A DNA stretch of 64,000 nucleotides, taken from Galactobacter sp. Its GTDB lineage: Bacteria > Actinomycetota > Actinomycetes > Actinomycetales > Micrococcaceae. Each line of letters opens with the position of its first letter. Position 1 is the stretch's first letter. A program made the translations under genes and the position numbers. Below are positions 46,614 through 56,144 of the stretch, piece after piece. The stretch is from contig JBQDZM010000003.1 of assembly GCA_052108535.1 (NCBI GenBank), positions 614-64,613 of the forward strand. The letters are read 5' to 3'. The notes under the pieces are model-generated. The model was given only the letters and a program-made list of their open reading frames with translations, was not told the origin of the DNA and did no database searches.

Positions 46614-47699
46614 CTACACCCCGGCGTAGGAGTGGAAGCCCGGGAAGATGATGTTCACTGCCGTGAAGTTGAAGACCACGCAGCCAAAACCGATGATGCT
46701 CAGCCAGGCCGAGGGCACCCCGGTCCAGCCGCGGGTGGCTCGGGCGTGGAGGTAGCCGGCGTAAACCACCCAGATGATGAAGGTCCAGACTTCCTTGACA
46801 TCCCAGCCCCAGTAGCGGCCCCATGCGGCCTCGGCCCAGATGGCGCCGAGGATCAGGGTGGCGGTCCACATCACGAACGCGATCGCGTTGACGCGGTAGG
46901 ACATGTTCTCCAGGGACACGGCGGAGGGCACCATCCGCATCCAGGGCAGCTTGTCCTTTTTGCCTGCGGCCAGGCCGCGCAGCCGGTAGGTCTGCACCAG
47001 TTGCAGCACAGAGAGCGCGAAACTGATCGCGAACATCGCGGAACCGAGCACGGCGATGGAGACGTGAATGATCAACCACGGCGACTGCAGCGCGGGGATG
47101 AGCGGCTGCACGGGCGTGGGGAAGCCCATGGTCGCGGCGCACATCATGATCACCACGAGCCCGGCGATGAACATGCCCATGAACCGGAAATCCTTGAAGA
47201 TCAAGGACACCAGGTACACCACGGCGACCACGAGCGCACCGGTGGTGAGGAACTCGTACATATTGCCCCATGGCACCCGACCCGCCGAGATGGACCGGGT
47301 GACGACGGCGGCCAGGTGCACCGCAGCCGCGAGGACGAACAGCGCAATGGAGATCCGTGCGGTGTTCCGGCGCGGTGCCCGGGAGTCGTAGCTCATGTCG
47401 TCGTCCACGAGCTGGCCATCCACCGAAGCGTTGCGATGCGTGGTGCGTTCGCTAATGCCTAGCGACGCGGCGCCCTTGGCAGGGCGCGTCGCCTGCCCGA
47501 CTCCGACGAGTTCCTTGGCCTCCTCGGCCTTCAGCGACGCCTCGAGCTCGGTCACGGTCCGGGAGGAACGGATGAGGTCCACTGTGTAGGCGATGAACGC
47601 CGCCGCGTAGGCGATGCAGGCGAGCAACATCAGCAGCTCGGACCAGCGGCCCAGCTCCAGGTTGATCTCGGTGGCCTTGTAGGCCAGGACGATACCCAT
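46614..47699 (-). CDS. ccsB: Cytochrome c biogenesis protein CcsB/ResC
   Basis: RVPWGNMYEF, LQSPWLIIHV, WWD motif WAEAAWGRYWGWDVKE. Confidence 0.95.
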   Translation of the reverse strand: MGIVLAYKATEINLELGRWSELLMLLACIAYAAAFIAYTVDLIRSSRTVTELEASLKAEEAKELVGVGQATRPAKGAASLGISERTTHRNASVDGQLVDDDMSYDSRAPRRNTARISIALFVLAAAVHLAAVVTRSISAGRVPWGNMYEFLTTGALVVAVVYLVSLIFKDFRFMGMFIAGLVVIMMCAATMGFPTPVQPLIPALQSPWLIIHVSIAVLGSAMFAISFALSVLQLVQTYRLRGLAAGKKDKLPWMRMVPSAVSLENMSYRVNAIAFVMWTATLILGAIWAEAAWGRYWGWDVKEVWTFIIWVVYAGYLHARATRGWTGVPSAWLSIIGFGCVVFNFTAVNIIFPGFHSYAGV

Positions 47700-47716
47700 G
47701 GTGGTGTTGCTTCCTC

Positions 47717-49441
47717 TCAGTCGCGCAGCGAGCGCTGCACTCCGTGGACCGTGGAGACGACCTCGACCCCGGTCAGACCCGGGAATTCCTTGGTCAAAGC
47801 GTCCCGCAGAGCCTGGGCCTCAACGGCCAGACGGGGATCCTCACCTCTGGCCAACAGACCGACTTCGATGATACGCCCGGACTCTGCCGCGGCGGGTGTG
47901 AGTTTGACCCATACCCGCCGCCTGGGGACGAACAGGCTGGTGACCAGGCCGAGGACGGCCAGGCCCGCGAAGATCCCGACCCAACCCTTGGCCGGATCGT
48001 GACGGACCTCGATACCGATAAACCGGTCCACGCCAACGAATTCGATGGAGCCCTTCCCGTCCGGAAGTTCGTACTTCTTGGCCTCCCCCTCACGACCCAA
48101 CGTGATCCCACCGGCCTCAAGCTCGCGATTGTTGAGTTCCTTGAGCTTGGAGGTGTTCAGCACGTAGACGTTCTGCGGTTTGCCATCATCCAGACCCAGA
48201 TCGCCATAGTAGGAATTGAGGTTCAAGGTCGGCAGCAGCGCATCGGGGTCAGCGGAGTAGGCCACCCCCTGCGCATTCACCGCCGTGGTGGGCAAGAAGA
48301 AACCCTGGAAGGCGAGCTGGTCCGGCTTGGCGTCCGGAACCTTCACGACGCTCAAGGACGTGTTCATGGAGTCCTGCGACTGGGAAACCACGGACTCGTC
48401 GAAGACGACATTGCCCTCACCGTCGGTGATCTTCACGTGCGGCGCATAGCCGTTGCCGAGCAGGTACACGTCGGTGCCGTTGACGCGCAGCGGGTGATTG
48501 GGACGAATCGTCGCCTTACGCCACTTAGCGCCGGGCTTGTCCTTGACCAGTACGTCCGCGCTGAAGGCCACGGGCGTTCCGTACTTGCCGTCCGTTCGTT
48601 CCTGGCGGTTGTACTGCACGTGGAACTTCTCCAGTTTGACGGAGAACGGCGTCAGCGACTCGGCATCGGTGCGGTGCCCGGGCGAGAACTGGTCGTAGTC
48701 GATCAGTGTGTTGGTAAAGCCCTGCCCCTCTACGAGCGCGCGCTGCCCGGAGTAACCGAACAGGCCGCCCAGCGCCACTGAGGCCAGCACACCGATTAGG
48801 GAGTAATGGAAGAGGAGATTGCCCCACTCGCGTGCGTAGCCACGCTCGCCTGCGACGGAGGCCCCCACGCGGGCCTCGGGCTCGCGAACCTGGACGCGAT
48901 AGCGTCGCTTCTTCAGGATCCGAGCGATCCGTGCCTGGACGTCCTCGTCGGACCCCGCATCGTTTGGCAACACAAGGCGCGACGACTCCGGGAGTCGCGT
49001 GAAACGCGCCGGCGTCCGGGCCGGAGGCCGCCTGGAGGCGGACATGTGCTGTTTGGTGCGCGGCAGCACGCAGCCGATGAGGGAGATGAACAACAGGATG
49101 TAGATCGCGGAGAACCACACCGAGGTGAACACGTCGAAGAACTGCAGCTTGTCCAGCAGCGGTCCCCAGAACGCGTTGTCGCTGATGTAGCGGACCACCT
49201 GCTCAGGGCTCTGGTCGCGCTGCGGGAACAGGGAACCCGGCACGGCGGCCACCGCAACCAGCAACAGCAGGAAGAGTGCGGTGCGCATGGTGGTCAACTG
49301 CGTCCAGGCCCAGCGCAGCATGCCCCAGAACCCCAGCGCGGGGACGGCGACGTCCGCGTTCTTGCTGGTCTTCTTGCTGCTCTTCACTGCTTCCTCCTTC
49401 CCGTGGTTCTTCGGTGTTTCTGCTGCGTTCTTCTCACTCAC
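47717..49441 (-). CDS. resB: Cytochrome c biogenesis protein ResB/Ccs1
   Basis: LTTMRTALFLL, PGSLFPQR, DVFTSVWFSAIY, GNLLFHYSL, VPRRRVWV; GTGA overlap with ccdA. Confidence 0.93.
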   Translation of the reverse strand: MSEKNAAETPKNHGKEEAVKSSKKTSKNADVAVPALGFWGMLRWAWTQLTTMRTALFLLLLVAVAAVPGSLFPQRDQSPEQVVRYISDNAFWGPLLDKLQFFDVFTSVWFSAIYILLFISLIGCVLPRTKQHMSASRRPPARTPARFTRLPESSRLVLPNDAGSDEDVQARIARILKKRRYRVQVREPEARVGASVAGERGYAREWGNLLFHYSLIGVLASVALGGLFGYSGQRALVEGQGFTNTLIDYDQFSPGHRTDAESLTPFSVKLEKFHVQYNRQERTDGKYGTPVAFSADVLVKDKPGAKWRKATIRPNHPLRVNGTDVYLLGNGYAPHVKITDGEGNVVFDESVVSQSQDSMNTSLSVVKVPDAKPDQLAFQGFFLPTTAVNAQGVAYSADPDALLPTLNLNSYYGDLGLDDGKPQNVYVLNTSKLKELNNRELEAGGITLGREGEAKKYELPDGKGSIEFVGVDRFIGIEVRHDPAKGWVGIFAGLAVLGLVTSLFVPRRRVWVKLTPAAAESGRIIEVGLLARGEDPRLAVEAQALRDALTKEFPGLTGVEVVSTVHGVQRSLRD

Positions 49442-50199
49442 AGTGGCAGCACCACCGAGTTCTGGAACCAGCCCTGCAGCGCGTTCATCCAACGTCCCCA
49501 CAACCCCGTGGCCATGAGCAGGCCAAGGAGGATCAGCACGGAACCGCCGATCCGCATGACGGCGAGTTGGTGCCGACGGAAGAAGGCCAGCGCCTTGGTG
49601 GCCTTACCGAAGGCCAGCGCCACGAGTAGGAAGGGGATGCCCAGTCCCAGGCAGTACACCAGCGCGAGCAACGCTCCGCGGCTCGCGTCCGCGCCGGAAC
49701 CCCAGGCCAGCGCCAGTACGGCAGAAAGTGTGGGGCCCATGCAAGGAGCCCAGCCCAGTCCGAAGGTCAGCCCGAGGACCGGGGCGGCCCAGATCCCAGC
49801 AGGAGGTTTGGAGTGGATGCGGGCCTCGCGTTGCAGGAAGCGGAAGCCTCCCATGAACACCACGCCCATGACGATGATCACCACACCGAGGATCTGCAGC
49901 ACCCAGGGGTAGCGGTCGGCCTGCAACGAAGCACCGATCTGCGCAAAGATCACCCCGGCCAGCACGAAGACCGCGGAGAAACCGAGGATGAAAAGTCCGA
50001 CGCCGGCGAGCATGCGTCCGCGCTTGCGTTCGGCCAGGTCCGCCCCGGCCAGTCCGGTCACGTACCCCAGGTATCCGGGCACCAGGGGCAGCACGCAGGG
50101 CGAGAGGAATGAGAGCAGTCCAGCCAGGACCGCGATGGGAATGGCCAGCAGCAGCGGTCCGGAGAGCACCGCCTCCGCACCGAAATTGGCGGCGATCAC
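49438..50199 (-). CDS. ccdA: Cytochrome c biogenesis disulfide transporter CcdA
   Basis: SFLSPCVLPLVPGY and GWAPCMGPTL cysteine motifs. Confidence 0.95.
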   Translation of the reverse strand: MIAANFGAEAVLSGPLLLAIPIAVLAGLLSFLSPCVLPLVPGYLGYVTGLAGADLAERKRGRMLAGVGLFILGFSAVFVLAGVIFAQIGASLQADRYPWVLQILGVVIIVMGVVFMGGFRFLQREARIHSKPPAGIWAAPVLGLTFGLGWAPCMGPTLSAVLALAWGSGADASRGALLALVYCLGLGIPFLLVALAFGKATKALAFFRRHQLAVMRIGGSVLILLGLLMATGLWGRWMNALQGWFQNSVVLPL

Positions 50200-50816
50200 T
50201 TCGAGTCTGATCCGCCGGGCAGTGCCGACTTAATGAGGCTGCGCAGCGTGGATTCCTCCGTGGCACCCAGGACGCGGGCCGTGATCCGACGATCCTGGTC
50301 CAGCACCAGCGTGGTGGGCACCGCCTGCGGGGGTACGTACTTGGTCAGGGCCAGCAGCACTCCCCCGTCCACGTCCCGGATGGAGGGGTATTCCAGTTCG
50401 AAGGTCCGGTCGAACGCCTGGGCTGCGGCCTTCTCGTCGCGCACATTCACGCCGATGAACTGCACGTCCTGGTCCCTGAACTCCTCGCTCAGTTTCTTCA
50501 GGGTGGGGGCCTCGGTGCGGCACGGTGCACACGCTGCGTACCAGAAGTTCAGCACGGTGGCCTTGGCGGTCCACGTCGAGGCGTCCACGGTTTCGCCGTC
50601 AAAGGTTTCCGCGGTGAATTCCACGGGTTTGGACCGGGAGTCACCCGTGTACTCCTGAACGGTGCCGTCCCCGGCGATGTACCCCTTGCCGTCTCCCTTG
50701 CGTGCCTGCTGCGCAAGATCGGATTCTTTGCTGGAACACGCGGCCAAGGACAGGGCGAGCCCGGCCAGGCCAGCGGTTCCCAGCAATTGACGACGGCTGA
50801 CGTCGTGCTTCTTCAC
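50196..50816 (-). CDS. resA: TlpA/ResA thiol-disulfide oxidoreductase lipoprotein
   Basis: Lipobox LAACS, NFWYAACAPCRTE, VPTTLVLD. Confidence 0.9.
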   Translation of the reverse strand: MKKHDVSRRQLLGTAGLAGLALSLAACSSKESDLAQQARKGDGKGYIAGDGTVQEYTGDSRSKPVEFTAETFDGETVDASTWTAKATVLNFWYAACAPCRTEAPTLKKLSEEFRDQDVQFIGVNVRDEKAAAQAFDRTFELEYPSIRDVDGGVLLALTKYVPPQAVPTTLVLDQDRRITARVLGATEESTLRSLIKSALPGGSDSK

Positions 50817-50819
50817 GAC

Positions 50820-51479
50820 TCAGGCCCCCGGGATGTTGATGGTGCCGACCAGCAGCTCCGCTGCCGGTTCCGTGTAGTCGAGTCCCACGAACTCCCCGTC
50901 CTCGAAGTGCAGCGAGGTCACGGAAGCCAGCGTGCATTCGCGACGCCCCGCGTTCAGGCCCAACGAGCGTCCTTCTGAGGCCAGGCGGGTAACCCAGATG
51001 GGCAGTTGGTGAGACACGATGACGATCTCGTCCGCCTCGCCCTGAGCCAGCACCTCGTCGCGGTGGTGCACCACGGCACCAGCCATGCGCTGGACCTGGT
51101 CGGCGTAGGGCTCACCCCAACTGGGGCGCAGGGGATTGCGCAGGAGCGGCCAGCGGCGCGGATCGCGAAGCCGCTTGGCGACCTTGTTGAGCCCCTGCAG
51201 TTTTGAAGCGGCCTCGATGACGCGTGGTTCCACCACGGGTTCCAGGCCGAGATCCTCGGAGATGGGTTCCGAGGTCTGCCGGGCACGCAGTAGCGGTGAG
51301 GTCACGAGTCGGCCCACGGCCGCGCCGTCGGCCCGGCGCTGCGCAAACCAATCGGCCGTCATGCGGGCCATGTCGTGGCCGCGCTCGGAGAGACCGAAAT
51401 TGGGCAGGCGACCGTAGAGCACGCCGTTGGGGTTGTGAACCTCCCCATGACGCACAAGGTGCACTATCGAGGCAGACAT
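50820..51479 (-). CDS. Histidine phosphatase (phosphoglycerate mutase) family protein
   Basis: HLVRHGE, SPLLRARQT, VSHQLPIW. Confidence 0.9.
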   Translation of the reverse strand: MSASIVHLVRHGEVHNPNGVLYGRLPNFGLSERGHDMARMTADWFAQRRADGAAVGRLVTSPLLRARQTSEPISEDLGLEPVVEPRVIEAASKLQGLNKVAKRLRDPRRWPLLRNPLRPSWGEPYADQVQRMAGAVVHHRDEVLAQGEADEIVIVSHQLPIWVTRLASEGRSLGLNAGRRECTLASVTSLHFEDGEFVGLDYTEPAAELLVGTINIPGA

Positions 51480-51712
51480 GGACCCCATTGTCTCAAAGCG
51501 GGCGTGCTTCCGAGAAACCAGAAGCCATGTTCGGGCTGTGAGATACCCGTGATTGTGGACCTGGATGGTCACACCCCTTTCGGCTCCGCTACGCAGCTAC
51601 CAAACTGAGTGAGGCATGACACTAGACATATTTGAAGGTTCATGCTTATAGTTGATGCATCAACCAACGCGGCACCGACCGTGACGACCTCGAAGAGATA
51701 GGACGTACTCGA

Positions 51713-52246
51713 ATGAGCTCCCCCGCAGAACTGAACGGCAACTGGAACCTCGACGCTGCCCACGCAAACATCGGCTTCACGATCCGCCACGCTGGCGTGT
51801 CCAAGGTTCACGGCACCTTCACCGACTTCTCCGGCCAGGCCGCCTCCACCGATGGCGCCGTCTCCGCAGAGGTCGAGATCAAGACCGCCTCCATCAACAC
51901 CCGCAACGAGGGCCGCGACGGGCACCTGCAGTCCGCCGACTTCTTCGACGCCGAGCAGTTCCCCACCATCACCTTCAAGACCACCGCAGTCGAGATCGAC
52001 GGCGAAGACGCCACCGTCACCGGCGACCTCACCATCAAGGGCATCACCAAGTCGGTGGAGCTCAAGGGTGAGTTCAACGGCACCGCCACCGATCCCTTCG
52101 GCGCCCACCGCACCGGCTTCTCCCTGGAAGGCAGCATCAAGCGCGCCGACTACGACCTGACCTGGAACGCCGCCCTGGAGACCGGCGGATTCATGCTGGG
52201 CGACAAGGTGAAGCTGAACATCGAGGCCGAGTTCGTCAAGGCCTGA
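51713..52246 (+). CDS. YceI family protein
   Basis: HANIGFTIRH, SINTRNEGRDGHL, FPTITF, GDLTIKGITK. Confidence 0.93.
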   Translation: MSSPAELNGNWNLDAAHANIGFTIRHAGVSKVHGTFTDFSGQAASTDGAVSAEVEIKTASINTRNEGRDGHLQSADFFDAEQFPTITFKTTAVEIDGEDATVTGDLTIKGITKSVELKGEFNGTATDPFGAHRTGFSLEGSIKRADYDLTWNAALETGGFMLGDKVKLNIEAEFVKA

Positions 52247-52408
52247 TCTCAGAACCTTCCACTGCGACCCACCTCGGTTGCAGGTCCCGATGGGGCCCGG
52301 CCACTCGTGTTCGAGCGGCCGGGTCCCCTCGTCGTTGTGCCCAGCCCGGTCGATGTGGCGCGCGACCCGTCGACGTTGCGCCCAGCGAGACTCGATAGGC
52401 TTAGGTCC

Positions 52409-53182
52409 ATGACGTCTGACGGCAATGGTTACGGAACTGGTCCCGACGAGACCCCGCGCTACGGTGTCCGCACCCCGGGTGGCACGCCCCATCCCCAGGG
52501 TCCGAACGCCCAGGGTCCCAGCAACCAGGGCCCGAACAACCCGGGCCCGTCCTCGCCGCAGCAGGCAGGTTGGGACACGCCCAGACAGAACGAAACGTTT
52601 GGCCCGTATGTCCCCGACAACCCTCCGGCAGCGGGAGGGTGGACCCAACCCGGCTACGGGCCCAACTACGGTCAGGGCTTCGGGCCGGGGTTCGCGCCGC
52701 AGGTGCCAGCTCGTCGGCCCGGGCAGGTGACCGCTGCGTCGATCATCCTGTGGATCGCCGCCGGCCTCTACACGCTGCTCATGGTCTCTGGCATGGGCAT
52801 GCTCGCCGGAAGCGACATCAAGGCCACGCTGTTGGACTACACGGACACGCTGCCAGCCGATCAGGCCAGCCTGTACCGCGAGCAGTTCGAGAGCATCGAC
52901 AACTCGATGCTCTCCTCTGCGGTCTACTTCCTGATCGTTATGGTTGTGGCCGTCGGCATTCTGGCCGCCGTGGCCGCATGGCGTACCTGGAAGGGCTCCA
53001 ACGCCTGGAGGATCGCCGGAACCGTGTGCGGCGGTGCCATGGCGGCCTACCAGCTGTTCACGATCCTGATGGCTCCTGCGGCCGGATTCCCCGGACTCGC
53101 CGTGTGCATCGTGGTGATCGTGCTCTGGTTCTCGAAGCCCGCTACTGCGTGGTTCAGGGCCCAGGCGGCACGCCGGCCCTGA
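52409..53182 (+). CDS. Membrane protein with a Pro/Gly/Gln-rich N-terminus
   Basis: Low-complexity N-terminus, RPGQVTAAS, 4 TM helices; TAGGCT -10 hexamer before ATG 52409. Confidence 0.75.
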   Translation: MTSDGNGYGTGPDETPRYGVRTPGGTPHPQGPNAQGPSNQGPNNPGPSSPQQAGWDTPRQNETFGPYVPDNPPAAGGWTQPGYGPNYGQGFGPGFAPQVPARRPGQVTAASIILWIAAGLYTLLMVSGMGMLAGSDIKATLLDYTDTLPADQASLYREQFESIDNSMLSSAVYFLIVMVVAVGILAAVAAWRTWKGSNAWRIAGTVCGGAMAAYQLFTILMAPAAGFPGLAVCIVVIVLWFSKPATAWFRAQAARRP

Positions 53183-53191
53183 GGAAGCCCC

Positions 53192-53981
53192 GTGCCTTTT
53201 CGTCTCAACGATTACGTCCAGATCACCGACGCCACCAGCCAGAGCCCAGTCATCATCCACGCACCACATGGAGGCACGCTGCTTCCGCCCGGTGTGCGCG
53301 AGCAGTTCACCATCGGATCGCACGAACTTGAGGCCGAACACCACGAACTCGTGGACCACGCCACCGATACCATCGCACGGCAGGCGCTGTCCCAGGCAAA
53401 GGCCTCCGCGGTCATCAATCGCCTTTCCCGGCTCGTGGTGGACGTCGAACGATTCGACGATCCCAGCGAGGAGAAGAATGCCGTTGGGATGGGCGTCCTC
53501 TACACGCACGGGTCCCGGAGGCAGCGCCTCCGCGACCTTCCCGCGGACGTCTCTGACCTGAAACGGTTCTTTGTTGACTACTCGGAGGCCGTCACGCACC
53601 TCGTGGAACGCGCGCTCGCGGTGCACGGACGTGCCGTGGTGCTTGATGTGCATTCGTATCCGAGTCAGCCGCAACTTCATGAGCTGCACACCGATGAACC
53701 GCCCCCCACCCTTGTGCGTCGGGTTCGAGACCTTCCACTGCACCCCCGAACTGCGTGAATTGGTGGGGCGGTCCTTCGCCGCGTTCAGGCAGGGCGACAA
53801 TCAGACCTTCCACGGCGCCTACGTGCCGCTGAAGTAATACCTCGCTGAGCCACGGGTGCAGTCTGTGATGCTGGAAATTCGGCGCGATCAGTACATGGAC
53901 GAATCCCGAACTGTGATCGACCCGGCACGCGTGTCGCAACTGGGTGCCTGCCTCAGCGACTTGGTGAGGAAGGTGCAATAG
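53192..53981 (+). pseudogene. N-formylglutamate amidohydrolase family pseudogene
   Basis: HAPHGG, SRLVVDVER, LDVHSYP; +1 shift in the C run at 53702-53707, in-frame TAA at 53835-53837, then SVMLEIRRDQY to TAG at 53981. Confidence 0.85.
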
Positions 53982-54020
53982 CCGGACATGGCCTAGCGGC
54001 TGTCCCCCTAATGACTGCCT

Positions 54021-54662
54021 CTAGTGCGGCACCGGCCCGGAGCGGTGCGCCAGGAGCGAGAGTTCGCTGGCGAGATCCACCCGCCGCAACGACACCCCGT
54101 CTGGCACGCGCAAGGCCACGGGCGAGAACGAGAGGATGCTGCGCACGTTGGCTCCAACCAGCCGGTCGAGAACCTCCTGTGCGGCGGCACCGGGAACGGT
54201 CAGGACCGCCATGTTGACCTTCTGGCGCTGAATCACCGGTTCTAGGGACCCCATTCCCTCCACCGTGAGGCCGGCGACGTCGCTGCCCACCACGTTGAGC
54301 GACTTGTCGAAGATCGCCACCACAGGGTAGCCGCGCCGCTGGAAGCCCGAGTACCCGGCCAAGGCCGTTCCGAGGTGGCCAGCTCCCACGATGGCAACGC
54401 GCCACTGCTGATCCAACCCGAGGGCCGACTCCAGGGCCGGCACCAGATCCCCCACCGCATACCCGATCCCCGCGCGCCCGGTGACCCGCAGCAGGTTCAG
54501 ATCCTTGCGGAGGGTGGCGGGTGTGGTCCCCGCCGATTGCGCCAAGCGCTGCGACGACACCGTGGCATGTCCGGCCATGCTGCCGGAGGTCAGTGCGCGC
54601 AGGTAGTAGGACAGCCTGCGCATCACCGGATCGGGGATCTGCTCCTTGGTGGGCCCGTTCAT
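54021..54662 (-). CDS. rex: Redox-sensing transcriptional repressor Rex
   Basis: RRLSYYLR, LRKDL, GYAV, VGAGHLGTAL. Confidence 0.93.
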   Translation of the reverse strand: MNGPTKEQIPDPVMRRLSYYLRALTSGSMAGHATVSSQRLAQSAGTTPATLRKDLNLLRVTGRAGIGYAVGDLVPALESALGLDQQWRVAIVGAGHLGTALAGYSGFQRRGYPVVAIFDKSLNVVGSDVAGLTVEGMGSLEPVIQRQKVNMAVLTVPGAAAQEVLDRLVGANVRSILSFSPVALRVPDGVSLRRVDLASELSLLAHRSGPVPH

Positions 54663-54913
54663 GCACTCAACAGTCTGGTCAGGCGCTTGGGGTCGATGCG
54701 CCAGAAGTCCCGCTGCACGCCGTCCACCATGAGCACGGGAATCTCCACCGCATAGGTTTCCAGCAAGTCCGGGTCACCCGCCGCGTCCACGTCCTCCCAG
54801 GCGAGGCCCAACTGGGCGGTCACGGTTTCCACCACGGAGCGGGCGTCGTCGCAAAGATGGCATCCAGGCTTGGTGATGAGTTGGACGCGTGGGCTGGAAG
54901 CGGGCTGAGGCAC
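54659..54913 (-). CDS. Glutaredoxin-like protein (DUF836)
   Basis: TKPGCHLCDDA, EIPVLMVDG, FWRID. Confidence 0.9.
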   Translation of the reverse strand: MPQPASSPRVQLITKPGCHLCDDARSVVETVTAQLGLAWEDVDAAGDPDLLETYAVEIPVLMVDGVQRDFWRIDPKRLTRLLSA

Positions 54914-54933
54914 AGACTCATTCTATAAGCGGT

Positions 54934-54978
54934 AAAGAACGAGGGGCCGGAATCATCTGTGACGATTCCGGCCCCTCG
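54934..54978 (-). terminator. Intrinsic terminator of the bS22 gene
   Basis: cgaggggccggaatc/gattccggcccctcg 15-bp stem followed by UUCUUU on the minus strand. Confidence 0.85.
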
Positions 54979-54985
54979 TGAGCAC

Positions 54986-55084
54986 TCACTTCTTGTTGCG
55001 GCGCTGGTGACGCGTCTTGCGCAGCAACTTGCGGTGCTTCTTCTTGGCCATACGCTTGCGGCGCTTCTTGATGACGGAACCCAT
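54986..55084 (-). CDS. 30S ribosomal protein bS22 (AURKAIP1/COX24 domain); below the ORF-track length cutoff
   Basis: [32 protein letters not shown]; AGGAGG RBS. Confidence 0.95.
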   Translation of the reverse strand: MGSVIKKRRKRMAKKKHRKLLRKTRHQRRNKK

Positions 55085-55254
55085 GGGTCCTCCTGCTGTT
55101 ATCTCGTGGACTTGTCGTCTTGTGACACCCAGGGACCCCGGATACCGGAGCGCGCGCGGGCGAAGATCGTTTTCATCCTACCTGCATGCCCGGTGCGCTG
55201 TCGCATCGGGGTGAGGTGGGTCTCCTGGCTCCAGGTGTTTTCCTGAAGTACCAG

Positions 55255-55479
55255 TCAGTCGGTGCCGGTGCCGCGGAACTGGGCCGGGTCGATCTGCGCG
55301 GAACCCAAGTAGGCCTCCACTGCGTTTTCCGGGACCCGGTAGGAGCGGCCGAACTGCACTGCGGGGAGTTCGCCGGAGTGCACCAACCGGTACACGGTCA
55401 TCTTGGACACGCGCATCACGTCTGCGACCTCTGCAACGGTCATGAAACGGGCGTTCGCGAAGTGTCGGGGATCCGGCAT
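55255..55479 (-). CDS. Conserved actinobacterial HTH DNA-binding protein (Rv0500A-like)
   Basis: FMTVAEVADVMRVSKMTVYRLVHSGELPAVQFGRSYRVPE; conserved position next to bS22. Confidence 0.92.
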   Translation of the reverse strand: MPDPRHFANARFMTVAEVADVMRVSKMTVYRLVHSGELPAVQFGRSYRVPENAVEAYLGSAQIDPAQFRGTGTD

Positions 55480-55612
55480 CGGATGGTCCTCCGTGTCGTT
55501 AAGCGGCTTGGGCAGTCCTGGTGAGTCTACGTGAAACCTGTGACTGGAGTGTAGTCATGCGGCCGGTGTGTTGCGTGTTACTGGACCATGCTCGTTTGAT
55601 TGGCCCAGGGCG

Positions 55613-56098
55613 CTACTTACCTCGGCGTCCCCGCCGCTGCTTGTTCTGCTTGGCGAAGCGATCGAAGAACTCTTGCGCTCGCTCCAGCCCTTGTTCCACC
55701 GTCCGCCCCACGGTGTTGTGGGCGCGTTTGCCCTGCGCGTCCTCGGTTTCTATGTCCGACGAGTGCAGTTCCACCGCCGTCGTCGGCTCGCCATCCGTGG
55801 TGCCGACCGCGTCGGCGCCCGCGGCGCCTTCCTGGGCTGGCAACAGTTGCGCCACGAAATCCTCGACCTCGCGCAGCGGCTCAGGATTGAGCGCATAGAT
55901 GCGCCGTTGCCCCTGGACGCGCGTGTGTGCCAGCCCCGCATCCCTGAGCACCTTGAGGTGTTTGGACACGGTGGGTTGGCTGACCCCGACGGCATCCACG
56001 AGATCTCCCACGCTACGTTCCTCAGCAACGAGGTTTAGCAGGAGAGCACGACGGGTGGGGTCGGAGAGGACGGAAAACAGATCGGTGGCCACTCGCAC
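55613..56098 (-). CDS. ArsR/SmtB family transcriptional regulator
   Basis: LSDPTRRALL, SQPTVSKHLKVLRDAGL, GQRRIYAL. Confidence 0.9.
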   Translation of the reverse strand: MRVATDLFSVLSDPTRRALLLNLVAEERSVGDLVDAVGVSQPTVSKHLKVLRDAGLAHTRVQGQRRIYALNPEPLREVEDFVAQLLPAQEGAAGADAVGTTDGEPTTAVELHSSDIETEDAQGKRAHNTVGRTVEQGLERAQEFFDRFAKQNKQRRGRRGK

Positions 56099-56144
56099 AT
56101 CGTAGCGAGCCGCACCGTCTCGACGTGGGATGTTAGAACAAGCG

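Noticed and set aside
51569-53800. 743-aa minus-strand ORF
   Set aside because: Antisense across yceI, the membrane gene and the amidohydrolase; no coherent domain.
55255-55479. Excisionase-like gene as evidence of a prophage
   Set aside because: It is the conserved Rv0500A-type chromosomal protein beside bS22; no mobile genes around it.
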